This document shows positions 19,915 through 29,558 of a DNA stretch of 64,000 nt, piece by piece. Below the pieces are notes generated by a model that saw only the letters and a program-made list of their open reading frames with translations, had not been told where the DNA came from and did no database searches. Source of the DNA: an uncultured Dehalococcoidia bacterium (lineage in GTDB: Bacteria > Chloroflexota > Dehalococcoidia > Lucifugimonadales > Australimonadaceae); contig OY282355.1 of the NCBI GenBank assembly GCA_958295525.1, forward strand, positions 485,763-549,762. The letters are read 5' to 3'. Positions within the stretch are counted from its first letter, which is position 1, and each line of letters opens with the position of its first letter. The position numbers and the translations under genes are program-made.

Positions 19915-21177
19915 CTAAGTCTCCAAGCGGCGGTAGCGAGGCGCCGCGACGCTCAGGACGGCGATCAGCGCAAGAGCCGCGACGCCGCCGATGAGAAAGG
20001 CGTTGTCCACGCCGTAGACGCGGGAGAGCCCACCGGCGATGAGTCCGCCGAAAGGCATCATTCCTATCTCCATCTGATAGACGCCGACCACGCGCCCGCG
20101 CAGCGCGTCCGGCGTGATCGTGTGCACAATGGTCATATTCGTCGTCATCACCACCTGCACGAACATTTGCTGCAAGAGCAGCGCGCCGAAAGCGAGCCAG
20201 AGCGACGCCGCTTGCGAAAGCGCGATGACGCTGACGGCGGCGAGCGCGAACGACACCGAGGCGAGCAGACCCTTCCGCCGCGCCGACGAGAACGCGGCCA
20301 GCAGCGCCGTCCCCAAGAATCCGCCGATCCCCATCGCCATCAGCAGCAGCCCCAAGTAGGTTCCGTCCTCGTTCCGCAGAATCTCGGCGGTGTACACGGG
20401 CAATTGGTTGAACACCATCGCCAGCATCGTGAACGAAAGCCCAAACGTCACGCCCGCCGTCAGCAGCGTAACCGGCTCGTTGACGACGTGGCGGAAGCCG
20501 TCGGCGAGGTTCCGCAGGGGCGAACGCTCCCTCGCCCGGGCCCGGTCGGCGGTGGAGTAAGGCGCCCGCAGCCGGGTGAGCATCGCAAGCGCCACGAGGA
20601 AGAGGCCGCCTTGAATGAGAAAGTTGACGTCCGGCCCGAATCGGGCGATGACCAGCCCGCCGACCGCCGGGCCGAGCGCGCGCATCAGGTTGAAGGCCAT
20701 CGAAATCATTGCGGTGGCGTTCATCAGCGCCTCGCGCGGCACGGTGTTGGCCGTCAGAACCTGCCGCACCGGGTTGTTCGCCGCCCAAAGCAGGCCGAAC
20801 GTCAGCGCGAAAGCGTAGAGGTGCCACACGCGATGCAAGTCCAACCGGAGGAGCAGCGCGAATCCGAACACCAGCGCGGTGACCAGCGCTTGATCCACGA
20901 ACAGCAATTTCCGCCGATCCACCCGGTCGGCGATGACGCCGGTGACGGGCGAGAGCAGCAGGGGGAGAGTCCGGGCACCGACGACGCCCGCCACGTGCAA
21001 CGGGTCGCGCGTGAGGTCGTAGGCGAGCCAGCCGAGCGTGACCTGCTGAAACCAAACGCCGCCCGCGACGAGCCCCGTCGTAATCCAGAGGATGCGGAAG
21101 TCCGGGTAGCGGAGCGCCTGCGTGGACACGGGGCGCGGGGGCGGCGGCGCGTCGGGCTGTGCGTTCGTCGTTTCCAT
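19915..21177 (-). CDS. MFS transporter
   Basis: ALRYPDFR, GVIADRVDRRK and TPDALRGRV motifs, 12 TM; start at METT; the longer ORF extension is repeat-derived. Confidence 0.85.
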   Translation of the reverse strand: METTNAQPDAPPPPRPVSTQALRYPDFRILWITTGLVAGGVWFQQVTLGWLAYDLTRDPLHVAGVVGARTLPLLLSPVTGVIADRVDRRKLLFVDQALVTALVFGFALLLRLDLHRVWHLYAFALTFGLLWAANNPVRQVLTANTVPREALMNATAMISMAFNLMRALGPAVGGLVIARFGPDVNFLIQGGLFLVALAMLTRLRAPYSTADRARARERSPLRNLADGFRHVVNEPVTLLTAGVTFGLSFTMLAMVFNQLPVYTAEILRNEDGTYLGLLLMAMGIGGFLGTALLAAFSSARRKGLLASVSFALAAVSVIALSQAASLWLAFGALLLQQMFVQVVMTTNMTIVHTITPDALRGRVVGVYQMEIGMMPFGGLIAGGLSRVYGVDNAFLIGGVAALALIAVLSVAAPRYRRLET

Positions 21178-21242
21178 AGAGTGAGCGGACTCCACTATAC
21201 GCCGCGCGGACAGGCGGCAAGGGGCGCTTGCGCGCCGACTGG

Positions 21243-21772
21243 GTTCCCGCCTACGCGGGCAAGGGCGGGGCAAGGGGGCGAGATTCCCGCCTTCGCGGGA
21301 ATGACGAGGCAAGGGGGCGAGATTCCCGCCTTCGCGGGAATGACGGCAAGGGGGGCGGGATTCCCGCCTTCGCGGGAATGACGGCAAGGGGGCGAGGTTC
21401 CCGCCTTCGCGGGAATGACGGTAGGAGGGGCGTTATTCCCGCCTGCGCGGGAATGACGGCAAAGGGGGGGCGAGGTTCCCGCCTGCGCGGGAATGACGGC
21501 AAAGGGGGGGCGAGGTTCCCGCCTGCGCGGGAATGACGGCAAAGGGGGGGCGAGGTTCCCGCCTACGCGGGAATGACGGAGTAGGGGGCGCTTGCGCGCC
21601 GACTGGATTCCCGCCTACGCGGGAATGACGAGGCGGGTGGGGTGGGATTCTCGCCTTCGCGGGCAGGGCGGCAAGGGGCGCTTGCGCGCCGACTGGATTC
21701 CCGCCTACGCGGGAATGACGGCAAAGGGGGGCGCTTGCGCGCCGACTGGATTCCCGCCTGCGCGGGAATGAC
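21243..21772 (+). repeat. Tandem array of about 13 CGTC/dRS3-like palindromes
   Basis: TTCCCGC-CT(G/A/T)C-GCGGGAATGACG separated by G-rich, redundant linkers. Confidence 0.92.
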
Positions 21773-21794
21773 GGTAGGAGGGAGGGCGCGCCTC

Positions 21795-22055
21795 CTAGCC
21801 CTCCGCGCCGCGCTCCGCAAGCGCGGCGCGCAACTCCTCGACCTCGCGGCGCAACTCGCGGTTCTTGCGCGCGATGTAGACCGCGTAGGCGAAGAAGCCC
21901 GCCCACGTCAGCAGCGTTCCGGCGAGCAGGTAGCCCAGGTTGCTCTCGCCCGGCGCGCCCTGCGCGGACGGGGCGGCCAGCGCAGCGGGCGCGGCGACCG
22001 CAAGCAGCGCGCCAACGGCGATGAGGGCGGAGAGGAAGCGAATCATTCGCGGCAT
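21795..22055 (-). CDS. ccmD: CcmD-like heme exporter protein
   Basis: Small protein after ccmC; TM (YLLAGTLLTWAGFFAY) followed by a charged coiled tail. Confidence 0.6.
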   Translation of the reverse strand: MPRMIRFLSALIAVGALLAVAAPAALAAPSAQGAPGESNLGYLLAGTLLTWAGFFAYAVYIARKNRELRREVEELRAALAERGAEG

Positions 22056-22114
22056 AACGTTCCCTTGTTGTCCGGCTCTAGGCGGGTTGGCTATGGAAGC
22101 AAGGCGGACGGCGG

Positions 22115-22861
22115 CTAGGCGGCGGCGCGCCGCAACTCCTCGACGGCGTCCTCGTCGCGGCGGAGGGCCGCCCGCTCGGCGACGAGCGCGACGAAGAGGA
22201 CGATGAACGCGGCGAACGAGAAGAGGAGCGTGATCAGCATCTCGCGCTCCAGCGACCCTTGCGCGCCGGGGCCGGTCACCCGCTCGGGATGGAGCCCGCT
22301 CCACCAGTCCGCCGCCATATAGAGAAAGGGCACGGTGGCCGCGCCGATGACGGCGACGACCGCCGCCCAGCGGCCGCCGCGCTCGGCGTCGGGCGCGTAG
22401 GCGCGCGTCATTAGGCAGCCGATAAAGATCAGCCACAGCGCGAAGGTGAGCGTTCCGTTGGCGTCCCACACCCACCAAACGCCCCAAACCGGCCTCGCCC
22501 AGACCGCTCCCGTGAGAATGGCGGTGGTGAAAAAGACGACGCCGACCTCCGTCGAAGCGTAGGCGACGCTGTCCCACGCCCGCGAGCGGCGCGCAAGGTG
22601 GACGAGGCTCGCGACGGCGGCGAGAACGAACGAGAGGAAACTCGTGAGGATCACCGGCACGTGAAAGTAGAAGAGGCGCTGAACGACGCCCATCACCCGC
22701 TCGGTGGGGGCGTACTGAAAGATGAGGTACAGGTCAATCAGCACGAGCGCTCCCGCGGCCAGCAGGAGCCACTGTCTCCAGGCGCCTGTTCCCGGACGGG
22801 CGGGCGGACGGGCGGACGGACGGGCGGGCGATATTGTGTTGGATGTCGAGTTGGCGGTCAT
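22115..22861 (-). CDS. ccmC: Cytochrome c maturation heme handling protein CcmC
   Basis: FYFHVP, tryptophan-rich WARPVWGVWWVWD motif, LHP. Confidence 0.9.
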   Translation of the reverse strand: MTANSTSNTISPARPSARPPARPGTGAWRQWLLLAAGALVLIDLYLIFQYAPTERVMGVVQRLFYFHVPVILTSFLSFVLAAVASLVHLARRSRAWDSVAYASTEVGVVFFTTAILTGAVWARPVWGVWWVWDANGTLTFALWLIFIGCLMTRAYAPDAERGGRWAAVVAVIGAATVPFLYMAADWWSGLHPERVTGPGAQGSLEREMLITLLFSFAAFIVLFVALVAERAALRRDEDAVEELRRAAA

Positions 22862-23532
22862 TCTTCCAGCACGAATGCGAACGCCCACGATGATACCACG
22901 ATGAGCGCCGCGTCGAATGCGAGGATGAGTTGCAGCCAGCGCCCCGCGCCGCTCCAGCCTTCGCCGTCCAGCGCCGCCGCCGTCCCCGACACCGCGCCGA
23001 TGAGCAGCGGCAGCGACAGCGGGATGAAAAGCAGCGGCAGCAGCGCCTCCCGCGCCCGGGCGTGCGCCGCGATTGCGGAGAGCAGCGTTCCGACGGCGGC
23101 CACGCCGACGGTCGCCGCGGCCGCGACGGCGGCGAACCAGACGTTCAGCAGGGAGAGCCCGTAGAGCACGAGAAAAGCCGGAGCGAGCAGCGCCTCCGTT
23201 ACGATCAGCAGCGTGAGCAAGCCGAAAAACTTGCCGAAATAGATCGCCTCCGGCGGCGCGGGCGCCAGGCGGAGGCCGTCCAGCGTTCCGCGTTCGACCT
23301 CCAAGAGGAATGTCCGGTTCATTCCCAGCATAGCGGTGAAGATATAGGCGACCCAGACGATGCCGGGGCCGACGGCGGCGAGCGTTCGCGGCGACGGGTC
23401 GAATGCGAACGTGAAGATGAATGCCGCGACGAACGCGAACGCCAGCGTCGCCCCCAGCGTCTCCCGCGTCCGCGCCTCGATGCGGACGTCTTTGGCGTAG
23501 ACGGCGAGCGCCGCCCGCAGTCCGGCGCGCAT
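22858..23532 (-). CDS. ccmB: Heme exporter permease CcmB
   Basis: KDVRIEAR, EVERGTLDGL, REALLPLLFIPL motifs; located between ccmA and ccmC. Confidence 0.88.
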   Translation of the reverse strand: MRAGLRAALAVYAKDVRIEARTRETLGATLAFAFVAAFIFTFAFDPSPRTLAAVGPGIVWVAYIFTAMLGMNRTFLLEVERGTLDGLRLAPAPPEAIYFGKFFGLLTLLIVTEALLAPAFLVLYGLSLLNVWFAAVAAAATVGVAAVGTLLSAIAAHARAREALLPLLFIPLSLPLLIGAVSGTAAALDGEGWSGAGRWLQLILAFDAALIVVSSWAFAFVLEE

Positions 23533-24275
23533 CACGCCCCGCCCCCGGGCGCGGCGAGCGCGTCCGAAATCGCCGCCGCGTCCGCCTCCGCCGCGCTCCC
23601 TTGAGCGGCGACGCGCCCGTCCTGCAGCACGGCGTAGCGGTCGGCGGCGGCCAGCCCCCGCTCGATGTCGTGCGTTGCGAAAACGACCGCGCCGCCGCCC
23701 TCCGCGACCGCCCGCGCGACGCTTGCGAGAAACGCTTTGCCTTGCGCGTCCAGTCCGGCGTCCGGCTCGTCGAGCAGCAGCAGCGCGGGGCGGTGCAGCA
23801 GCGCGCGCGCGACGGCGACCCGTTTTTGCATGCCGTTCGAGAGCGCGCGCACGCGGCGACTCGCCCACCGCTCCGCCCCCGCGTCGCGCAGAACCTCGGC
23901 GGCGCGGCGCTCGCCGTCCGGCAGTCCGTAGAGCCGGGCGTAGAAGCGCAGATTCTCCTCCGGCGTCAGATCGGGGTAGAGCATATTGCGGTGGCCGACG
24001 TAGCCCGTCGCGGCGCGGGCGTTCGCGGCTTGCGGCGGCAGCGTGAAGCCCGCCGCGAGAACCTCGCCCGCGTCGGGTTTCACGAGCGCGGCGGCCACGC
24101 GGAGCAGCGTGCTCTTGCCCGCCCCGTTGCGTCCGAAGAGCGCGAGCGCGCTTCCCCACGGCGCGGCGAGGTCGACCGACCGCAGCGCGCGGGCTGCGGC
24201 GTAGGCTTTGGAGACGCCGCGCAACTCCAGCCCGTAGCCGGAGCGCGCGGCGCGTTTCGCAGGTCGCTCGTCCAT
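23532..24275 (-). CDS. ccmA: Heme ABC exporter ATPase CcmA
   Basis: GRNGAGKST, LSNGMQKR, LLLDEP motifs; operon context. Confidence 0.88.
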   Translation of the reverse strand: MDERPAKRAARSGYGLELRGVSKAYAAARALRSVDLAAPWGSALALFGRNGAGKSTLLRVAAALVKPDAGEVLAAGFTLPPQAANARAATGYVGHRNMLYPDLTPEENLRFYARLYGLPDGERRAAEVLRDAGAERWASRRVRALSNGMQKRVAVARALLHRPALLLLDEPDAGLDAQGKAFLASVARAVAEGGGAVVFATHDIERGLAAADRYAVLQDGRVAAQGSAAEADAAAISDALAAPGGGA

Positions 24276-24338
24276 AGGAGGCTTCGCATATTACATTGGC
24301 GCGGGCGCGCCTATGCGGGCAGGGCGGCGAAGGGGCGG

Positions 24339-24793
24339 GATTCCCGCCTACGCGGGAATGACGGCAAGGAGGGGCGGGGACAGGGGCGGGATTCCCGCCT
24401 GCGCGGAGGCGCTCCCAGTAGGTTCCTGCTTTCGCGGGCAGGGCGTTCCCAGTAGGTTCCTGCTTTCGCGGGAATGACGTGGCGCGTGGGGTGATTTGGA
24501 GACGAGGCGCGTTGCGCCTCGTCCGGCGCTGCGCGCCGACTGGATTCCCGCCTACGCGGGAATGACGAATTGGAGGCGGGGACGACGGACAAGGGGGGCG
24601 AGGTTCCCGCCTACGCGGGAATGACGATAGTGGGCGCGGGAATGACGGGGCACATGGGGCGCTGCGCGCCGACTGGATTCCCGCCTGCGCGGGCAGGGCG
24701 GCAAGGGGGGCGCTGCGCGCCGACTGGATTCCCGCCTGCGCGGGCAGGGCGGCAAGGGGGGCGCTGCGCGCCGACTGGATTCCCGCCTGCGCG
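24339..24793 (+). repeat. Palindromic repeat cluster including composite element
   Basis: Multiple TTCCCGC/GCGGGAA units and a ~120-bp composite at 24448-24567. Confidence 0.9.
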
Positions 24794-24837
24794 GTCAGGA
24801 CTGCAGACACGCGAAGGTCTTGCGCGGGGCGAAGGCG

Positions 24838-25275
24838 CTAGGCGCCGCCCTCGCGGGAAGGAACCCCGGCGGGACGCCGCCGGCGGCGCGTGACGTTGAG
24901 CCGCGCTTGCCCTCGCCGCAGGGAGCGCAGGGCGCGCTCCAAGTCTACGTCGCCTGTGTGCTCCTCGATCCGCTGGCGCGCGCGGGCAATGGCTTCCTCG
25001 GCGCGGGCGACGTCGATCTCGTCCAACCGCTCCGCCGCGTCGGCGAGGACGGACACGCGGTCGCCGCGCACGTCTATGAAACCGCCGGTGACCGCGAACT
25101 CTTCCTCGGCCCCGTTGACGCGGTAGCGCAGGTCGCCCGGCTGCAGGACGGTCATCAGCGCGGCGTGCTTGGGCAAAACGCCGATTTCGCCCTCCACGCC
25201 CGGGGCGGCGAGCGCGTCCACGTCGCCTTCGAAGAGCACGCGCTCCGCAGTTATGATTTCGAGCCTGATGGTCAT
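24838..25275 (-). CDS. atpC: F1Fo ATP synthase epsilon subunit
   Basis: LEIITAER, PGVEGEIGVLPKHA, GGFIDV, AERLDEID motifs; RBS AGGAGA. Confidence 0.93.
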   Translation of the reverse strand: MTIRLEIITAERVLFEGDVDALAAPGVEGEIGVLPKHAALMTVLQPGDLRYRVNGAEEEFAVTGGFIDVRGDRVSVLADAAERLDEIDVARAEEAIARARQRIEEHTGDVDLERALRSLRRGQARLNVTRRRRRPAGVPSREGGA

Positions 25276-25778
25276 TTGGTCGGTCTCCTAGCCCTAGCGC
25301 TCGCTATCTGTCCGGCGCTGCGCCGCGCCCGCCGCAGACTTCTCTGATCCGCGCGGACGCCGGCTGCTCCGGCAGGCGGCCGTCTCCTGCCGGAGGAGGC
25401 AGCGGCGCGCCGCTTTCTTCAAGCCTACTCTCCAAGTATGCCACAGCCCAAAGCGTTTTGCGCTGCCGGGCGCATTCCGTCGCGGCGTTAATCGCGCATC
25501 CGCGCTCATTCGCCTCCACAACAAGCCTTTTGCGAGAGATCGACGGTCAAGACGACCAACCCGGAGCGCCGAATTCGCCTCGCCCTGCTTTAGGGAAGTC
25601 GCCGCAAGGGCGGATGAGAGCGCTGCGGCGAGGCCGGCTGGGTTGCGCAAGTCTCCTATGCTAGGGAACGGCGCGCGCGGGGTTGCCCTTGCGCGGTTGC
25701 GGGCGCTATCATACTGCGGATTGTCCGCGCGGCGGCTGGCGCTCGACGCGGGCTCGTTTCACACAGGGAGGACTACCT

Positions 25779-27056
25779 ATGTTCCGGGCAAGCAGAACTA
25801 TCGCCCTCGCCGCGCTCTCTCTCGCGCTGCTCGCGGTCTTGGCCGCGTGCGGAACCGACCCGACGCCGACTCCGGTCCCCGCGCCAACCGCCACGCCCGA
25901 CGCGATGATGGACGGCGGCGCGACGGCGGAGCCCGCGCCCGCTCCGACGCCGACGGCGGCAATGACCGACGGCGGCGCGGCGGCGCCTGCGCCGACGGCC
26001 ACGCCCGCCCCCCGCCCCACGGCCACGCCGATTCCTCCCGCGCCGGGCTTCGACGCCGAGGAGTACTTCTCCGGCAAGACGATCAAGATCATCGTCGGCT
26101 TCTCCCCGGGCGGCGGCTACGACGCCTACTCCCGCCTGCTGGCGAAAGGCCTCGAGCGCCTGATGCCCGGCAACCCCCGCGTCATCGTCTCCAACCTCCC
26201 CGGCGGAGGCGGCCTCCGGGCGCTGCAAGAGACGATGCGCTCCCGCCCCGACGGCCTCACCACCCACCCGATGGCCAACCGCCACCCGGCCGCCGAGGCC
26301 GCAGGCGCCGACCTCGACGACTTCGACCTCAACACCGTCGTTATGATCGGCACGCCCAACTTCATCCAGACGCACGCCGCCCTCTGCATCCGCCGCGACC
26401 TTGCGGAGAACTGGGAAGAGATGGTCGCGCTCGGCGAAACGATCACGTTCGGCACCTCCGCGCTGGGCGGCAACGCCATCGGCGGACAGTTCGTCGAGGC
26501 GCTCGGCGCGCCCGTCAAGGTCGTGCTCGGCTACGAAGGCACCGCCGACGTGCAAGCCGCGATCAACCGCGACACGCTCGACGCCACCGACCGCTGCGAC
26601 ACGTTCTTCATCGACCCCCTCTACCCGCAGTGGTACGAGGAGCGCAAACTGATGCCGCTCTTCTACTGGCGCACGCCGATCAGCCAGAGTTTCCTCGACA
26701 AGATGAACACCGGCCTGCGCTCCGAGGACGTTCCGCATATCTTCGACGTCATCGACGCGAACGAGCAGCAGCAAGCGGCCTTCCTCCTCGCGCAGAACCT
26801 GGAGTCGATGACGCGAATGTTCGTGCTGGCGCCGGGCACTCCCGACGACATCGTGCAGACGTGGCAGCGCGTCTTCCGTCAAATCACGGAGGATCAGGAG
26901 TTCATAGACAGCGCCGCCGCGCTCTCGCGCGAGATCAACTACGGCGACCCGTCCATTCTGCGCGCCGACATCGAGAAGGCCAGCGACTTCACGCCCGAGG
27001 CCTGCCAACTCTTCGCCGACCTCTACGGCGTTCCGAAGGAGTCACGGGACTGCTAG
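25779..27056 (+). CDS. Tripartite tricarboxylate transporter substrate-binding lipoprotein (TctC-like)
   Basis: Lipobox LAAC, PT linker, IIVGFSPGGGYD and NLPGGGG motifs. Confidence 0.82.
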   Translation: MFRASRTIALAALSLALLAVLAACGTDPTPTPVPAPTATPDAMMDGGATAEPAPAPTPTAAMTDGGAAAPAPTATPAPRPTATPIPPAPGFDAEEYFSGKTIKIIVGFSPGGGYDAYSRLLAKGLERLMPGNPRVIVSNLPGGGGLRALQETMRSRPDGLTTHPMANRHPAAEAAGADLDDFDLNTVVMIGTPNFIQTHAALCIRRDLAENWEEMVALGETITFGTSALGGNAIGGQFVEALGAPVKVVLGYEGTADVQAAINRDTLDATDRCDTFFIDPLYPQWYEERKLMPLFYWRTPISQSFLDKMNTGLRSEDVPHIFDVIDANEQQQAAFLLAQNLESMTRMFVLAPGTPDDIVQTWQRVFRQITEDQEFIDSAAALSREINYGDPSILRADIEKASDFTPEACQLFADLYGVPKESRDC

Positions 27057-27083
27057 CCGGCGGCGAGCCGCGAAAGCGCTGAA

Positions 27084-27119
27084 CCGCAGGGGCGGGCTCA
27101 CGCGAGCCTGCCCCTGCGG
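27084..27119. terminator. GC-rich hairpin between tctC and tctA
   Basis: CCGCAGGGGCGGGCTC-acgc-GAGCCTGCCCCTGCGG. Confidence 0.45.
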
Positions 27120-27246
27120 GCTATGCGGCGGGAGGCGCGGCCGGGCGAGCCCGCCCCTGCGCGCCGCTTGACGCGCAAGGGCTTCTCCGCGTAGCGTAAA
27201 CCCCAACCAAGCGGCGAACCGGATTCGCAGAGGCAAGCCAACTCCA

Positions 27247-28878
27247 ATGGTCAACCGGCTCCCACTGATCATCGGCGTCGTCGTCACGGCGGCGCTCGTC
27301 TGGGCGTACACGCAAACCGTGGACGGCGCGTTCTTCGGCGCGGCGGCGGACGGGGCGAACCGGCTCTTCGGCGCCTGGCCCCCGTGGCCGATCATCGCGC
27401 TCGTCCTGATGATTCCTATCGCCATCGCCTCCGGCCTGATGCCGGGCGGCGGCCTGCCCTTCCTCGTCGTCGTGCTCGCGTTCGCCACCGAACTCGACGC
27501 TTTCATCGCGCTCCCCCTCGTCATCGGCTATATGGCCGCCAACGACCTCACAGAGCCGATACCCTCCATCCTGCTTGGCATTCCCGGGGCGCGCTCGTCG
27601 CAGGCGACGATATTGGACGGCTACCCGCTCGCCCGGCAGGGCCACGCCGGCTACGCGCTCGGCGCCTCCTACACTTCCTCCCTCATCGGAGGAATCATCG
27701 GCGGCGTCGCGCTGCTGGCGGTGCTGCCTTTCGCCCGCAGTCTGCTGACGTTGTTCGGGGAAGCCGAATTCTTCCTGCTCGCGCTGCTCGGCGTCGCTTC
27801 GGTGGGAATCGTGAGCGCCGGGGCGGTCGTCAAAGGGCTGCTCACCGCGTGCCTTGGTCTCTTCATCGGAATGATCGGCTTCGTCAACATCGCGCAGGAA
27901 ACGCGCGCGACCTTCGGGCTCGACTATCTCTACGACGGCGTCAACATCGTCCCCGTCGTGGTTGGGCTGTTCGCCATTCCCGAAATAGCCGACTTGGTGA
28001 TCAGCAAAACGCCCGTCGCCAAAGAGCGCCTCAGCGAGATGCTGAAGGAGGGGAACCGCGACGTGTCGAGAGGAATGCGCGAAGCGCTCCGCCACAAGTG
28101 GCTCATCACGCGCTCGTCGCTGATTGGCGTGTTCATCGGCGCGATGCCCGGGCTCGGCCCGACTCCCGCCCACTGGATCGCCTACGCCCAAGCCCGCCAA
28201 ACCGAGAAAGGAGCCGTCCGGACGTTCGGAACCGGAGACATTAGAGGCGTCATCGCGCCGGAATCGTCCAACAACTCCACGGACGGCGGCGTGCTGATAC
28301 CGACGCTGCTCTTCGCCATCCCGGGCAGCGCCCCGATGGCCATCGTGCTCGGCTTCCTCTTCATCGTCGGCATCCTGCCCGGCGCGGCGATGGTCGATCC
28401 CGACCGCGACCTCAACCTCACGATCTCCCTCGTCTACGTGATCGTGATCGCCAACATCTTGGTCGTCCCCATCGTGCTGCGCTTCTCTCCCACGCTCACC
28501 AAAGTGGCGGCCATCCCGCCGCTCGTGCTCGCCCCGCTCGTCATCGCCATCGTGACGCTCTCCGCGTTCCAAGCGAATTTGGATATCTCCGACCTCACGA
28601 CGATGGCGGTGTTCGCGGCGCTCGGCATGTTTATGAAAGCCTACGCATGGCCGAGGCCGCCCATCCTCATCGCCATCGTGCTCGCCGGGCCGCTCGAAAC
28701 GTATATGAGCATCGCCATACAGACGCAGGGCGTCTCGATGATCTGGCAGCCGGGGTTCTTGGGCATCCTCGCCGTCGTCGTGACGGCCGTCTACTTCTCG
28801 CTCCGCGTTCAGCGAGCCGCGCAGCGTCTGCAGGAGCGAACGCTCGCGGGCGAGGCAGCCGATGACGACCAATCCTGA
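27247..28878 (+). CDS. tctA: Tripartite tricarboxylate transporter large permease
   Basis: SILLGIPG, ATILDGYPLARQG, GVIAPESSNN and IPTLLFAIPGS motifs. Confidence 0.88.
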   Translation: MVNRLPLIIGVVVTAALVWAYTQTVDGAFFGAAADGANRLFGAWPPWPIIALVLMIPIAIASGLMPGGGLPFLVVVLAFATELDAFIALPLVIGYMAANDLTEPIPSILLGIPGARSSQATILDGYPLARQGHAGYALGASYTSSLIGGIIGGVALLAVLPFARSLLTLFGEAEFFLLALLGVASVGIVSAGAVVKGLLTACLGLFIGMIGFVNIAQETRATFGLDYLYDGVNIVPVVVGLFAIPEIADLVISKTPVAKERLSEMLKEGNRDVSRGMREALRHKWLITRSSLIGVFIGAMPGLGPTPAHWIAYAQARQTEKGAVRTFGTGDIRGVIAPESSNNSTDGGVLIPTLLFAIPGSAPMAIVLGFLFIVGILPGAAMVDPDRDLNLTISLVYVIVIANILVVPIVLRFSPTLTKVAAIPPLVLAPLVIAIVTLSAFQANLDISDLTTMAVFAALGMFMKAYAWPRPPILIAIVLAGPLETYMSIAIQTQGVSMIWQPGFLGILAVVVTAVYFSLRVQRAAQRLQERTLAGEAADDDQS

Positions 28879-29500
28879 CGCGCCCCGCGAGGGGGGTTCC
28901 GCGCACCGCAAGGTCTCCTGGCGCTCGCCGGAGATCCTGGGCGAACTCGTGCTGCTTGGCGTCATCGCCGTCCTCATCGCCGTCTACTTCCGCCGTCTCG
29001 ACCTGTGCGAAAGCATCTTCGGAGAGTTTGCCATAGGCGAGACGCGAGCCTGCGTTCCCATCGGCCGGCAGGAGGGGCAGTGGTTGCCGATGATCATCAT
29101 CGCCATCGCGACTCCGCTGTGGCTCGTTCGTCTCTGGGTGGTGCTTGGCCGCCGCAAGGCCATCGAGCAAGGGATGATTATGGACTTGGGGTTCCGGCTC
29201 GGCGAAGACCCGCAGGGCGAGCGGCGGCGCGCCGCCCTCTACTTCGGAACCCTCGTCGGACTCATCCTCATCATCTGGCTCATCGGCTTCCACATTGGCC
29301 TTCCGCTCTGGGTCGCCGGATACCTGCTGCTGTGGACGCGCGCGAAATGGCATCACGCGCTGTCCGCCGCGCTGGCGTTCGAGGCGTTCATCATCGGGAT
29401 TCTCGATATGACGCTGGACATCTTCTGGTTCGAGCCGCTCTTCTTCCGCTGGATCGGCGCCGCCTACCCGTTCAGCGACTGGATCCCCCGCGTGTTTTAG
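28862..29500 (+). CDS. TctB-like small permease
   Basis: 4-5 TM protein overlapping the tctA stop. Confidence 0.7.
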   Translation: MTTNPDAPREGGSAHRKVSWRSPEILGELVLLGVIAVLIAVYFRRLDLCESIFGEFAIGETRACVPIGRQEGQWLPMIIIAIATPLWLVRLWVVLGRRKAIEQGMIMDLGFRLGEDPQGERRRAALYFGTLVGLILIIWLIGFHIGLPLWVAGYLLLWTRAKWHHALSAALAFEAFIIGILDMTLDIFWFEPLFFRWIGAAYPFSDWIPRVF

Positions 29501-29558
29501 GCTTGCGCTAACGCGCGGCGGATTCCGGCGTAGGGACGGGGCAATGGGCGCAATAAGC

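Noticed and set aside
21243-21772. CRISPR array
   Set aside because: Spacers are short, G-rich and redundant rather than unique; the same unit is scattered intergenically; no cas genes in the window
21195-21906. ORFs reading PSFPRRRE / VIPAQAG / RHSRAGGN (also near 24.3-24.8, 35.8, 38.5 and 55.7 kb)
   Set aside because: Translations of the palindromic repeat; these also falsely extend the MFS, ccmB and aroE ORFs
25294-25650. tmRNA, SRP RNA or 118-aa ORF upstream of atpC
   Set aside because: No tRNA-like ends, tag peptide or SRP consensus; the ORF has no motifs; retained only as an unassigned structured RNA candidate
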